Assembly (NCBI RefSeq): GCF_006345805.1
Contig: NC_042999.1
Span: 66,154,001 to 66,218,000 of the forward strand
Source of the DNA: Octopus sinensis
Taxonomy: Eukaryota
Direction of reading: 5' to 3'
DNA length: 64,000 nucleotides
Position numbers and translations under genes: made by a program. Of this stretch, positions 13,728-26,670 are shown one piece after another (position 1 is the stretch's first letter; every line of letters starts with the position of its first letter). A model generated the notes under the pieces. It had not been told where the DNA came from. It saw only the letters and a list, made by a program, of their open reading frames with translations, and ran no database searches.

Positions 13728-14760
13728 GTGGAGGTCGTTGCACTTTAATGATCATAGAACATACAAGCTTGCAAGCGAATCGAAGTAGAGCTACTGAAAA
13801 AGTTTTGGGAGTAGATTGTGGATATTGACCACAAAATATAGTTGTTTTACATGAAAGCGAAATTTTGTCAATATCAGCCACATAAATTGTGTAAGGAAAT
13901 TGAAGGAAGACTTTGAAATTTACCCCCTATGAGTTTATTTTACTTAACATCAAAGGGAGCTATTTTTTTCGGAGCGAAGTATGACCGGTACGTTCAAAAA
14001 TGCTAATATAATACTTGAAAAAGGGAACATACTTGCTAAGTGCTTACAGTGAATGAACACTCTGAAATTGACTTCAGGTAACGAAAAATGAAGACATGAA
14101 GAGTTTGACTTCAGGTTACAAATACTGTTTGGGATCTTGAGTAGTTCATAGTGAAAGATGTCGCGTTTGAAATATCATAATGGATGGGTAAAGAAGCATC
14201 TTTAAACAAACGTGTCAACAAATTGAAGAGAGGGAAGGGAACATCACCTTTCTAGTAACTCAGAATAGGTAAATGTAAGCTTGCTAAAGTTTAATACGGT
14301 TTAAATATGGAGATTAAGGTTGTTTGGTATTGCATATCCTTAGTCACTTTAATCTCCGTCTCACGTAGTCAGTCGAAGTAAATAGACAAAATCCTTTCAC
14401 TTTTAGAATATTTCTAACCAAGCTGTAATAAACAATTACAACATATTAATAAATAATAAATAAATAAAATATGAGAAAACGACTAAAAAATTTCTCTATA
14501 TACGACCATATAGATTTAAAAAGTATGGAAGACCCTATATACAAGAAAACTATGTACATACAGCGAATTAAAGAAAAACTCATGTAAACCACCGATTTTC
14601 CCGGTTTGTCCATTTACGGGGAAAATGGGGAAAATGTTATCGTGCTGAACATATCCTTGGAATAAAAGTAATGTGTGTGTAAAGTTTGGTGAAAATCGGT
14701 TGAGAATTGCGGAAATGTATGCGTTAGTTAATAGATACACACATACTGTGCTTTATGAAT
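13577..14760 (-). mobile_element. Probable non-autonomous Helitron-like element
   Basis: ACTAG (CTAGT on minus) is followed by a GTCC-TTT-GGAC hairpin at 13577-13603. An AAGTTTGGTGAAAATCGGTTGAG motif typical of the 5' region of Helitron-derived repeats lies near 14681. Boundaries are uncertain. Confidence 0.45.
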
Positions 14761-14818
14761 ACTAAATATATGTGGGTGATGCGCGTGTATTTGTATATAT
14801 ATATATATTATATATATA

Positions 14819-14863
<45 letters not shown>

Positions 14864-14930
14864 AACACAGGCACACATATATATATAACCACACGTGGAC
14901 TGTTGGCGATTTTTCCTTCTTTCGACATTC

Positions 14931-14967
14931 TTGTTCCGACGAAGAGCTATGCTCTAGATATTAACAA
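14931..14967 (+). ncRNA. Decayed minimal hammerhead-like motif (Penelope pLTR type)
   Basis: TTGTT-CCGACGA-A-GAGC-TAT-GCTC-TAGATATT-AACAA. Stems I and II pair; the expected GAAACGTT is mutated. Confidence 0.4.
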
Positions 14968-15183
14968 CACTTTCCCCTCACCGACCGTCTTATTAATGTA
15001 CTTCTTGTGCTCGTCCTCACGTTCGATATGTTCCATTTTACTTTCTTTTCTTTGTTTTTCAACTGTTTGTTGATTTGTATTAACTATGAATATGTATATA
15101 TAAGGATAGATAGATAAATAAATAGATAACTGTATGTATGTTTATATCTATATATGCATATTGAAACACATACACACAGACAC

Positions 15184-15260
<77 letters not shown>

Positions 15261-16143
15261 TAGTGCATGAATGTATGTATGTAGATATGTATACATATGT
15301 ACATGTACGTATATGTTTGCTTAAATATGTTAACTATATTAGATTTGTGTTCTATGTGCTTTCTAAAGACACAGGAAAGATATGAAAAACAATGAAAAAT
15401 ATTCTAAGGTAAACCGCATCAGCAACGGCAACAAACATTATTACAGTTACAAGAGTAAGCGAACAGCAACAAAAACAATAATTACATGATAACGATGAAA
15501 TCAAATATAAAATTAATCGAACATACAGACGAAGTTTATAACTTATGCCGCATTTACTTTTGTGAAAAATGAAACAGAAATTATCTGGCTGTCAAAGAAC
15601 ATAATCACGTTGTTTTAGTTAATAAATCATATATTTGTATGTAGCTTTCAATTTCATTGTGGGTGTGTTTACGTCTTCAGTCTTGTGCGGGCCTGCGTGT
15701 GCGTGCAGTTGTATGTGTGTGTGTGTGAGGGTGATTTGCAGAAGTTATAGTTTCATAAGCTGACAACGTCACCAGCCGTACTGGTTTCAATGGCTCACAG
15801 TTATCAAATTATATATCTTCATTTAAATATTATTTTGTGTTATTATATAGCACAAAAATATATATTCGTGCATAAATGTTTACGAATATGTGCGTGTAGT
15901 TACTCATACATACATGCAGACAAACACACACACACTGTCACACATACGTACGCACATACACAATACATACACATAAAGTTATATTTATATCTATAAATAT
16001 ATTATACATATTTATATATATACAAACATAAATAAATATATATACATATATACATATATATATATATACACCCATATGAGTGTCTGTGCTGACACACATA
16101 TATAAACATATATATTATATGCATATATATATACACAAGTGTT

Positions 16144-16208
<65 letters not shown>

Positions 16209-16599
16209 TGTGTGTGTGTGTGTGTGTTGTGTGTGTGTGTGTGTGGGTATGAATAAAAGTAATGGACTTAATATTGATTTCCTTCAGCATTATTCCGAAG
16301 GTGGAAGAGAGAAGAATGAAATATATCTTCTACTGAAATATGTTACAGGTTTCATTCCGCTTTTGTTATTACAAAGTACCAGGTTTTTACGAGTTTCTTC
16401 AAATTCATAGACTGCACTACATCCATGGTATCATACTCACATTGATATAAGTTTTCTTTCAACACAGGTAAATTAAATCGCAGCTAAACCTGGAATATCT
16501 AAATTTTCGTAGACATGTTCATCATCGATGCAGGCGTACCTCAATTTCTTCAGTTGTCTATATATATATATACATTTATATACATATATATATATTGTT

Positions 16600-16993
16600 T
16601 TTTTTACTTGTTCCAGTCATTTGACTGCGGCCATGCTGGAGCACCGCCTTTAGTCGAGCAAATCGACCGCGGCACTTATTCTTTGTAAGCCCAGTACTTA
16701 TTCTTTCGGTCTCTTTTGCCCAAACGCTAAGTGACGGGGACGTAAACACACCAGCATCGGTTGTCAAGCAATGCTAGGGGGACAAACACAGACACACAAA
16801 CACACACAGACACACGCACATATATACATATATACGACAGGCTTCTTTCAGTTTCCGTCTACCAAATCCACTCACAAGGCATTGGTCGGCCCGGGGCTAT
16901 AGCAGAAGACACTTGCCCAAGATTCCACGCAGTGGGACCGAACCCGGAACCATGTGGTTGGTATGCAAGCTACTTACCACACAACCACTCCTG
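16600..16993 (-). mobile_element. Full-length tRNA-derived SINE, family A
   Basis: Reverse complement of the 37051-37456 copy, with an A/B-box head at the right end. Confidence 0.9.
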
Positions 16994-17216
16994 TATATAT
17001 ATATATGCATAAATATATGCACAGCCACTCCTATATATGTATATATATGCATAAATATACGCATATATATATATATATGTATGTATACACAAACAAACAC
17101 ACATACATACACACATATACATGCACATATACATACATATATATATATTTATATATATATTTATATAATATATATACATACATATATGGACATACATATA
17201 TATGCATATATATATA

Positions 17217-17298
<82 letters not shown>

Positions 17299-17299
17299 A

Positions 17300-17349
17300 G
17301 GATAGATAGCTAGATAGATAGATATAGATAGATAGATAGATAGATAGAT

Positions 17350-17396
<47 letters not shown>

Positions 17397-17410
17397 GGAT
17401 AGATATAGAT
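17300..17410. repeat. (GATA)n microsatellite
   Basis: Direct reading. Confidence 0.95.
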
Positions 17411-18013
17411 ATGTATGGATACGTGCACGCGCGAATCTGTATAAGTGTCCGTGCATTCGCATGTGTGTGCACATACGTATAGATATCTAATTAAAAAGTG
17501 CAAAGAATGTTATCTGTAAACTGAATTTTTCCTGAATTATTCTCTTAAATCCTTTCCAAACGCTTTATTTGCTTTCACAGCGACCATGACAGGTAAACTG
17601 GCAACACAAGGAATAGAAAAGCAACACACATTGTTGACATATGCAACGTTGTATTGGAGTATGCCGGTAGATTTCAACATTATGAAATACAAAGGAAAAT
17701 AATCGGGTCAGATTTAATTCCCATGAACTATCATGTTTAAAGCGTTGTCAAAACGGAGATGAATTAACAGCTGTAGACTAGCATACAGTTACTGATGATT
17801 GGTATTGCATAAGTGTTGTCCAAAATGAATAAGTGACCATTCGCAGCAGGCGTGTCAAAAGTTTCATTCAGTCTTGTACTGAAGCAATCTTATCGGGATA
17901 AATAGAGATAAATTTGAATGAGAATACGTTGGAATTTTCTTTCCGTAAATTTGTTATTAAATCCAGAAATATGTCCTGAAGTATACCTCGCACTATGTAT
18001 ATATTTATGCATA

Positions 18014-18090
<77 letters not shown>

Positions 18091-18121
18091 AAGGGTGAAA
18101 AGGAACACACGAGTTGATATC

Positions 18122-18367
18122 TATGAAAAAACAAGTGAAAAATAGAAAATGCTAAAATAATTTTATAGTGAACATTTCAGTACCGGTTTCGGTCATTTTG
18201 AGACCTTTTGAACTGTAACGATTAAACAATTAAATTTAGTCAACTAATTTTTCTAAATTTAATTATTTAATCGTTACAGTTGAAAAGGTCTCAAAATGAC
18301 CGAAACCGGTACTGAAATGTTCACTATAAAATTATTTTAGCATTTTCTATTTTTGACTTGTTTTTTC

Positions 18368-18370
<3 letters not shown>
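18122..18370. repeat. Near-perfect palindrome (118-bp arms, 13-bp spacer) containing a hammerhead-like motif
   Basis: 18122-18239 is the reverse complement of 18253-18370 with three mismatches; it sits between (TA)n tracts. Confidence 0.92.
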
Positions 18371-18399
<29 letters not shown>

Positions 18400-18570
18400 G
18401 TATGTATGTATGCATACATGCATACATGCTTGCAAGCATGTATGTATGCACGCATGTATGTATGCACGCATGTATGTATGTATGTATGCCTGTGTCTATC
18501 TGTCTCTATATCAATCGCCTGTCTCATTCAAGGATATGTATGTGTATGTGTGTGAGTGTCTATATGCATA

Positions 18571-18955
18571 TCTTTATATATAAAAGTGAGGTTGTGTGCT
18601 GTCTGTCTCCTACAATTTAGATTCCTAACTACTCCCACATTTTGCGGTGCAGTTTAACCAGAACCGGGTATATTAGAGTCGTGATTCATATCGAGCCCTT
18701 CTGGGTATTAGCGCGCGTCTACGATGAGTCTGCGATTTAAAAAAAAAATTACCATCAATTTTTCCCATTTTTAATGCATTTTTGGCATATATAAGGGAAG
18801 TAACTCTCTAAAATCTCAGAACGTAAAAAGCTACAGTAAGACCCCCCCCTATTGTGGTTAGCCATATTGAGATGACTATTATACTTTACATCTCTAAAAA
18901 TGCTTATATAGTTAATTCCCTTACAAACCCGAGCAACACCGGGCGATACTGCTAG
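18571..18955 (+). mobile_element. Non-autonomous Helitron
   Basis: A|TC 5' end and CTAG|T 3' end, subterminal hairpin CCCG-AGCAACAC-CGGG, no TSD, and a paralogous empty site at ~19956-20002. Confidence 0.88.
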
Positions 18956-19031
18956 TTCATATATGTTGATTCGCTAGCCTCTGCACGCATTTTTTCTCTC
19001 CTTTTTTCTCTCCGTGTTTCTTTTCTGTGTA

Positions 19032-19069
19032 TCTTTCTGTTGAAGAGCGTACACTCGAAACGTAAAAGA
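19032..19069 (+). ncRNA. Minimal type I hammerhead-like motif (CUGUUGA core variant) in a putative Penelope pLTR fragment
   Basis: TCTTT-CTGTTGA-A-GAG-CGTACA-CTC-GAAA-CG-TA-AAAGA. Perfect 5-bp stem I, 3-bp stem II, palindromic ACGT stem III and a GUA site. Confidence 0.6.
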
Positions 19070-19224
19070 CTTGTTTTATTTATATTCCTGAGCGCCATAC
19101 TAATACAATTGTTTGTTTGTATTCCACCTGCCTTCGTATATATACATACATTTATACACGAACACACACACAGATATGTATAGTTTTATAAATATATACT
19201 TGCATACACACACACACACACAAA

Positions 19225-19286
<62 letters not shown>

Positions 19287-19734
19287 ATATACATACATAC
19301 ATGCACATAAATATATTTTTTTATGTATAATTAGTTTAGCTCGTAGGATTTACTGCATCGAGTCACGTGAACTTGTAAGAGGCTATCATTGGGATAGAAA
19401 GAATCAGAAGGAGCAGACTATATAATTCACTGGATTTGGCATCAAAAAGAGCCACTGGATGCTGTTGTTTGGTAATTCTCAATTTCAGTTATTTACCACT
19501 AATCTAACTCCTCGCTGCATCATTGTTGGGGCGAATGTATAACCAATAACAGACGAGTAGAGATTTAAATTCCCGAAATATTTTTCCGGTGGTAATATAT
19601 TCAATGTAGTCATAACAGACTATATCATATTACATACCTCTCCTATCCGATCCCGCATTATTTAAACTTAGTTAACCATTCATAGTCAACTAATTATAAC
19701 TAGTATTGTAGGCTATGCAACGTTTAAATAACGT

Positions 19735-19828
19735 CTGATGAGGTCGGAAATTTATGCAATCTGAAGTAATTCCTTATGACTACATTAAATAAATTCCCAC
19801 CGAAAGAATTGTCTGAATTTCCAACCTC
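19735..19828 (+). ncRNA. Hammerhead-like motif with long stem II
   Basis: CTGATGA-GGTCGGAAATTTAT...ATAAATTCCCACC-GAAA-GAATTG-TC. Stem II pairs well, stem III is one change from palindromic ACAATTGT, and stem I is poor. Confidence 0.45.
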
Positions 19829-20346
19829 TAGTTGTCTGTCATATTGTATATCATATGAAATGCAATTGGTTAATTTTTCCAGTTGTATATAATGTTTTGG
19901 ATGGGTGCAACATTTGCAATTTCCTTCTTTTTTTTTGTATAGCGTTGTTCAATCGAAGGATATGTAAGTGTATGTGTGAGTGTCTATATGCATGTTCATA
20001 TATAGTGCAATTAAAATACAGTCAAGTTTAATGAAATTTGGTCCTGCTAAATATACAGTAACCCACATAAGTTCAAGAGCGGGTCTCATTAGAAAACGAA
20101 TTCTGTAGTCAACTCGAACACTATAATGATTTCTGTCGCTTATTCTCTCTACAGAATTGGAATCGTATTCCAATCCTCTGTCACCATTATATTGAAGGGA
20201 ATTTAATTTTTAGTTCCAGTATTATTACTAAATTCACACTTCCTTTTATATTCAAGATATATTTAAGAAAACGGCGAAGTTCCACGCTCAATAGTTGTAG
20301 CAAAATTCTTCGTACCTTATAGCTGAGGATCAGGAAATTCTATGTA

Positions 20347-20569
20347 TAGTAATCTCTGGACTATTGTGGGGGTTACGTTTCATAACCCCCTGCGATAGGG
20401 GTAAATCCGCGAAGTAGAAACAATACTGCAATGTAATTTTTTTAATATCATATTTATAATTCGTATATATTAATTTTATTATAAATGCAAAACAACACCG
20501 CGGAGAAATCGACGTAAGCCTAAATAATAAAACGCGATATGTGAAACACGATATGGCAAGGAATTACTG
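20347..20569. mobile_element. Tigger/pogo-like MITE
   Basis: TA-TAGTAATCTCTGGACTAT ... ATATGGCAAGGAATTACTG-TA: imperfect TIRs with a TA TSD. Confidence 0.7.
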
Positions 20570-21960
20570 TAAACAAAATTCTAATATATTTGATAATTTG
20601 TAGAATGCATTTCTTCTTCACAAATCTCAAACTAGTTCTCATTCTTGAAGCATTTCAAATATAGATACACATCTTAATCTGAAGGGGATTCATGAATGAA
20701 AGCGAAATAATAACTTGTAATGGTACTATGGTAATTATAGCAAGTGGCTTATACTCTCCTTCATAACATACTTAGACAAACCGATCTTGATTCTAAGAGT
20801 TAAGTTCATTCAGCATGGACGTAATGTAGAGACAATACCAAAAAATAACCAATAAATACTTGACTGATTGTCAAATAGCCTAATGCTTTTTAACAAACAT
20901 TCCTAATCTTACTTTATGAACCGATAGGGACTTCTGTTGCATATCGATGTTCAGATCATTTTGATATCTTACTCTGTTATAGTATTTAAAGAGATGGAAA
21001 GAGAACAAGCGAAAATGTTGCACCATAGCGAACCGAGAGCAGCTTGTAGAAAACGTGCTAGATACAAATGCCGTTTTCGACAAAAACAATGCCTTAATTC
21101 TTTTAGGGTGAGCTGATTTTCCTTTTTTTTCCTATATCATAATGCTGTAATTTGAATTAAATGGTAACACGTTGTTGTGTGGACGTTGAAGTAGGCTAGC
21201 CCAATACGTAGATATAGAGGGAGAAGACTAGAACAGAGGAGTAGCGGAGTCGAGTTGAGTAGTAGAGGCATCCGAACGTGCAACATAACAGTGGCGACGA
21301 GGATTTCGTAGCTCACACAGCCATTGTGTAGTATTGCAATATAACACACGCATAATGTATGATAACACCTATAGTTAAATGGTAACACCTATAATATAGG
21401 TAACACCTATAATTTACATTTAGAATACAACTTAATTCTGATTCCAATGGGAATCCTATATGCACCTGATTCATTCATATCTGAGAGTAAATATTTTAAT
21501 GAAGTAGATGAAATAACCTATTTATGGTTTTCCCAAGGCCCGTAAAAAAATTAACAGAAATTACCAAAGCTGAAACTCGAAACGGCACCATAATATCGGT
21601 TTCTCTTGCATTTAGCCTATTCGATGGAGATAAACGACACACAAGTCAAATCTTAAACCAACTACTGACATGAATCATAGAATAAATGAATATATGATTA
21701 GAAATTGATATTTTTTTCATTGTTTCTCATGAAATATTTGCTGCATTTCAATTATTATTTCTGAATATTTATCGCTCAACCCTAATTAGTTTATTAATAG
21801 CGCATATAGTTCGTACGAAGATAAAAGTTAATAGAATTTTTAGCTGAGGCATGATTCAACCTGAAAATTCTTCTTCATTTGGGATGTCTCATTAATATTA
21901 AACACATACTCACAGAAATATACACACGCACACACAGACACACAAACACACACGCACACA

Positions 21961-22010
<50 letters not shown>

Positions 22011-22634
22011 CATATACATATACATATGTGGGTGTATGTAGGTATTTTTAGATGTATATATGTATGTAGTTATGTATGTATGTATGTGTCTATGCTTGTG
22101 TGTGTGAGAGAGTTAAAATAACTAATGGCAAAATGCATCCGAAATTCCTTAATGAGTTTTGTTTGGCTAGATAAAATATTCAACGCTAAAAGCTACACGT
22201 TGAGAGCCAGTTCGTATGTTAATAAAATTCCTTAAATTTACTCTGTGTGTGCGCGTGTGCGAGTGTCTGTCTGTGTGTGTCTGTGTGTGTTCGTACGTGT
22301 GTGTATGTGTGAGTGTTTGTGTGTGTGTGTGCGTGTGTGCGCTCGTATGTTATCATATAAAACTTGATAGAATTATAGAGCAAATATTCACATCCTAAAT
22401 AGTTTTTCCTCTATTTTAGATTAGCCACTTCATAAATTATGCTAGGAGTGTTCGATTGAAACTGCAGGCAATTGGAAATAAAACCAAAAATAATGTATTT
22501 GATTAAATTAGCATATATTTCAATATCGTTTAATTGGTTATATTAAATGATTACAGCCACTCAAGTAGCTGCTCATATGTAAACTATCTGGTACCCATCA
22601 AAAGTGATGGGCTTATTTGTTACTGAATATATAT

Positions 22635-22891
22635 CTAATAATAACAATAAATGCGCACTTTTAAAGCCTAGCCTGGCTCATGGGCCTGGTTTCCCGTGTT
22701 CAATGGTGTACGTGTTTCCCAGCTGGAGGGGACGCCAGTCCATTGCAGCGTTACTCATTTTTGCCAGCTGAGTGGACTGGAGCAACGTGAAATGAAGTAT
22801 TTTGCTCAAGAACACAACCCTCGCCGTGGTCCAGGAATCGAAACCACAATCATGATGCTGACACCCTAACCACTAAACCACGCGCCTCCAC
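22635..22891 (-). mobile_element. tRNA-derived SINE, family C, with 13-bp TSD
   Basis: Head on minus GGAGGCGCGTGGTTTAGTGGTTAGG...GGTTTCGATTCC, (TTA)n tail, TSD ACTGAATATATAT at 22622 and 22892. Confidence 0.88.
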
Positions 22892-23638
22892 ACTGAATAT
22901 ATATATACAAACAAAAATCCTGTTCTACAAATAGTTTGTGTAATTTTTTTGTGTCTCGGGTGGTTCATTATGCTACAAGTTAAAACTTGCGCTTGTTCCA
23001 TTTTCCTTCTTTTATTCTTACTTATTATCAATTGGCTTACCCTTTAACCAATTAAGTAATCAATTGTTCTAGTATTTATTTCGTCGATCACTCAATCAGC
23101 ATGATTTGTCAAAGTCATTTTGTCATTATTTGCGACCTTACCATTGACATACCCACGATATACAGCAAAATCTGTTTCAACACATGAGCTCATATGAAGA
23201 ACCTTGCTAACCAAGTGAAACCATTTAATGCAATAATTACATGATTAGAACATTCCTTGTAAAGATATTTTATTGTATGTTTCTTTTTTCGCTTATTCAC
23301 TTTTGAACCACTTAATGTGTAATTACGAATTTTACCAATTCCTTGATATTTTTAGAGTGCATTCGTCACCCTTTTGTCGAAAATATTTGCGAAATGTCTG
23401 AAACAGCTTTACAGTGTGTTTAGTTCATTGAAATTACAGAAACACCTGGAAATCTCATTTTATATATAAATGGTAGATTGTGCTGCTGTAAGTCTAGTTT
23501 TACATCGGATATTGTCCGTAGCTTTGTTACCTGTAAATATATAAAGCCCATACATTGAGCGTACTCGTAGACGTACAAATATTATAAATCCAATCTTTTG
23601 ACTCAAATCTTGGAGAAGTATTACTATTATTACGTTGA

Positions 23639-24080
23639 AGGCAGCGAGCTGACAGAATCGTTGCAGCGCCGGTTAAAGCGGTTAGCAGTATTTCGGCGAG
23701 CTGGCAGAAACGTTAGCACGCCGGACGAAATTCTTAGCGGTACTTCGTCTGCTGCTACGTTCTGAATTCAAATTACGCCGAGGTCGACTTTGCCTTTCAT
23801 CCTTTCAGGGTCGATAAATTAAGTACCAGTTACGCACTGCGGTCGATATAATCGACTTAATCCGCTTGTCTGTCCGTGTTTGTCATCTGTGTTTAGCTCC
23901 CTGTGGGTAGTAAAGAAATAGGTATTTCGTCTACCGTTACGTTCTGAGTTCAAATTCTGCCGAAACCGACATTTTTTCCTCCTTTCGTAGTCAACAGGTA
24001 GTAGTTGAGCACCGGGGTGAATTTAAACGACTCGAACAATTCACCATAATTGCTAATCTTGTGCCAACATTTGAAACCGT
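23639..24080 (+). mobile_element. Older SINE family B copy interrupted by a younger family B copy (23696-23921)
   Basis: The head restarts at 23695, the inner copy ends in TAAAGAAATA, a GTATTTCG duplication flanks it, and the outer copy resumes collinearly. Confidence 0.85.
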
Positions 24081-24109
24081 TTTATTATTACGATGCCTTA
24101 TTCAGCCAA

Positions 24110-24800
24110 GTTTACCACAATTTCTCATTATTCTTATCAAATGTATCAATTTCCGATTTGTCACCAGAAACATCTTGCGAGTCGACATTTTGTATCTTGT
24201 GATATCATCGGGATTGCAGGACGGTGTGATTTTTACTTTTGAAATGCACAGTGTACTTGATGCCAACCGTATTGTTGTGATATTTGGCTACCGAATATAA
24301 AATGGATGTCTTCAATATTTTCCTTAAATTCCTTACATTAGTAGACTTCACAACATTTATCATTGTTCCTGCATAACGCATTAGGAAATAAAATGTCACA
24401 GGAGTCGTAAATCATATATTTTAAAACCATCTTATGTCAAACGTTGAGTCGGTATATGTATAATATGGTTTTCGTACGCTCCATCGGATAAATTTTGCCT
24501 GGGGCATAAATTTATATTTTATGCCCAAATTTATGAGTATATGAGCATGAATCTTTCCTTGCTGCTTGAATTTAAATGAATATAACACGCCTTGCTCAAT
24601 TCCAAATTTATTATTTTGCATAATTCTGTTCAATATTTCTTGGGATTTTTTCGCTTAATACCCTTGCTGTCATATCTCCGGGGAAGAAATTATCTCGAAT
24701 TATTCCAACGGTTATCAAAAGCTTACTTGTCATATAACAGGGTTTCCAAATGTTCTTACCTTAGCTGTGCAGCAACACTTTCTACTGCACATCGGTCATC
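24110..24800 (-). pseudogene. Decayed Helitron Rep (HUH endonuclease) domain
   Basis: Minus-strand pieces in order: VRTFGNP; DMTARVLSEK...NKFG; GVLYSFKFKQQGKIHAHILINL (cf. EFQKRGLPHAHIL); MIYDSCD...PNALCRNNDKCC (cf. MIHGPCG..NP..PCM..GKC). Many stops and frameshifts; may extend to ~25730. Confidence 0.72.
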
Positions 24801-25883
24801 TTCAAAATGATGACCTGAAATTTCTGTGCACCCTACATTAACTCTTGCTCCGTTAGCAGCAACTATAGGATCGGGTAAATGTTTGTTGTTGTACTACTTG
24901 GAAACATTATTATCGATAATTCCCATAATGAAAATTGTAGTCATCAGCTGGAGAATCAGTTGCAACAACCCAATACTAAATGGACAGATAGGTTGTACTA
25001 CCAATGGACAGACGGGTTATACTCACAATTTACTACCGGCGGATAATTTTGTAACACAATATTCTCAAACCGATGAATCTGCCGTAATTTGACAGTTCAT
25101 GGCAATTGTTGCATCGTAAGGTTCATTTAGATTTCTCTTAGGGATAGAATAATCTGGGTTTAAAAAGTCTCAGTATGTTTCCATTAAAAGGAGTTTCTTC
25201 ATGTCAAGTTTAAATATGAAATTCGTGTTTAAAAGTTAGTTCACTATAAATACTGCTAAAAATAATTACCACTTAATCCCAATTTGAACAGTTGTAAAGT
25301 CTCCTCTTAATATTTCTGTCACTATTGAATGATTTACTGACGGATAGCGTTGAAGTATTACGCTCTACCGGTGGAGTTTCAACATTTACAGTTTTTTAAT
25401 AGTTTTTCTGGGAAAGTGTAAAACCTTTTTATTCTGATGATCTTACCTAAATTGCAGTAATTTGAGAGATGCATGAATCATTACATTGTGTTTGCATCTA
25501 TTAATGATCGTTTTCGAAACAACTCCGTAAAGTTTCAAAAATTCTCGAGATTTTTTCCTTAGAAAGAAATGATTGCTTGTATCATGATAGTCTGGGTTAT
25601 GAGCTCTGATATACTGGATGCTGATCATCTTGTCTTTCTGTGTATTACAGACATTACCCATCGGGATCCTTCTGTTTTAGTTATTCTTTGAAACATTGCA
25701 GAAGTGATTCATTTGGCTGCTTTTTCTAGCCCCCTCGTTGGTTCATTGACAGTAATTTTATATATCATAGAAGGAAAATGTTATTAAGTAGTATAGTTAT
25801 AAACTATATTTCTATTTCTAGATCTAAAGCCCGACTACAATAAAAGCAACGATTAAGCTGGTATTCCATGAAGAAATAGAAAC

Positions 25884-25885
<2 letters not shown>

Positions 25886-25926
<41 letters not shown>

Positions 25927-25951
25927 TAATAATAATAATAATAATAATAAT
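25886..25951. repeat. (AAT)n microsatellite
   Basis: Direct reading. Confidence 0.95.
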
Positions 25952-26289
25952 TGGTTACCAAATATAAAAACGAAATGACAACACATGCTTTGATAATTGA
26001 ATATAATTCACTTTTGGACGATTAGCATTAACAAATCTTCTTGTAATTTACTGATAATTTTAACATAGAATACATGAGGTAAAATGAAGCGCGTCCAGAT
26101 AATATCCTCAAACAATCGTCGCAAAAATGCAGCAAACGTCAATGCCCTACCCAGTTAATAACGGGAATAAAAAGAACACTGATGTTTTCTCTACGGCGAA
26201 TCCAATGACTACAATAAAGCATCAAATCAACAATCGAAAACTGAGTAAAAACAGTTTTGCGTTCTATAGTATTCAACAACTAACTTTTG

Positions 26290-26670
26290 AGATAAGGGTT
26301 TATTCTTTGAATATGATAGGGGTTGCTGGAACACGCTGAACAAAACGTGGAACTTTCACCGCAGATAACGTGAATAAAATATGGTTTAGTAGGGAAGGAA
26401 AGCAATCATATAATGAATGCAGCTTTCAAGCTCCAACACAATACGTTAAAATCTGCCATGCAATGCACACCGATTCTCTTATATGCACTATGGGACAGCA
26501 GCTGAGCCATAATCCATTTAATCATTGAAATTTATTCTCCAACAGGTAATTATAATGATGAAGATGTGAAGAAATATTATCAGATCTAGGGAAAACAGTG
26601 GGTTGACAAAACAAAGCTGACACTCATGTAACTGAAGGTGATTCGAACGTAAAGATTGTATTTGCAGCAA
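26290..26670 (+). pseudogene. Decayed APE endonuclease domain of a LINE (RTE/L2-like)
   Basis: YSLNMIGVAGTR* (cf. LDI.G.SETRW), YSPTGNYNDEDVKKYY (cf. YAPT....E.E.FY) and GDSNVKI (cf. GDFNAKVG), in the expected order. Confidence 0.55.
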
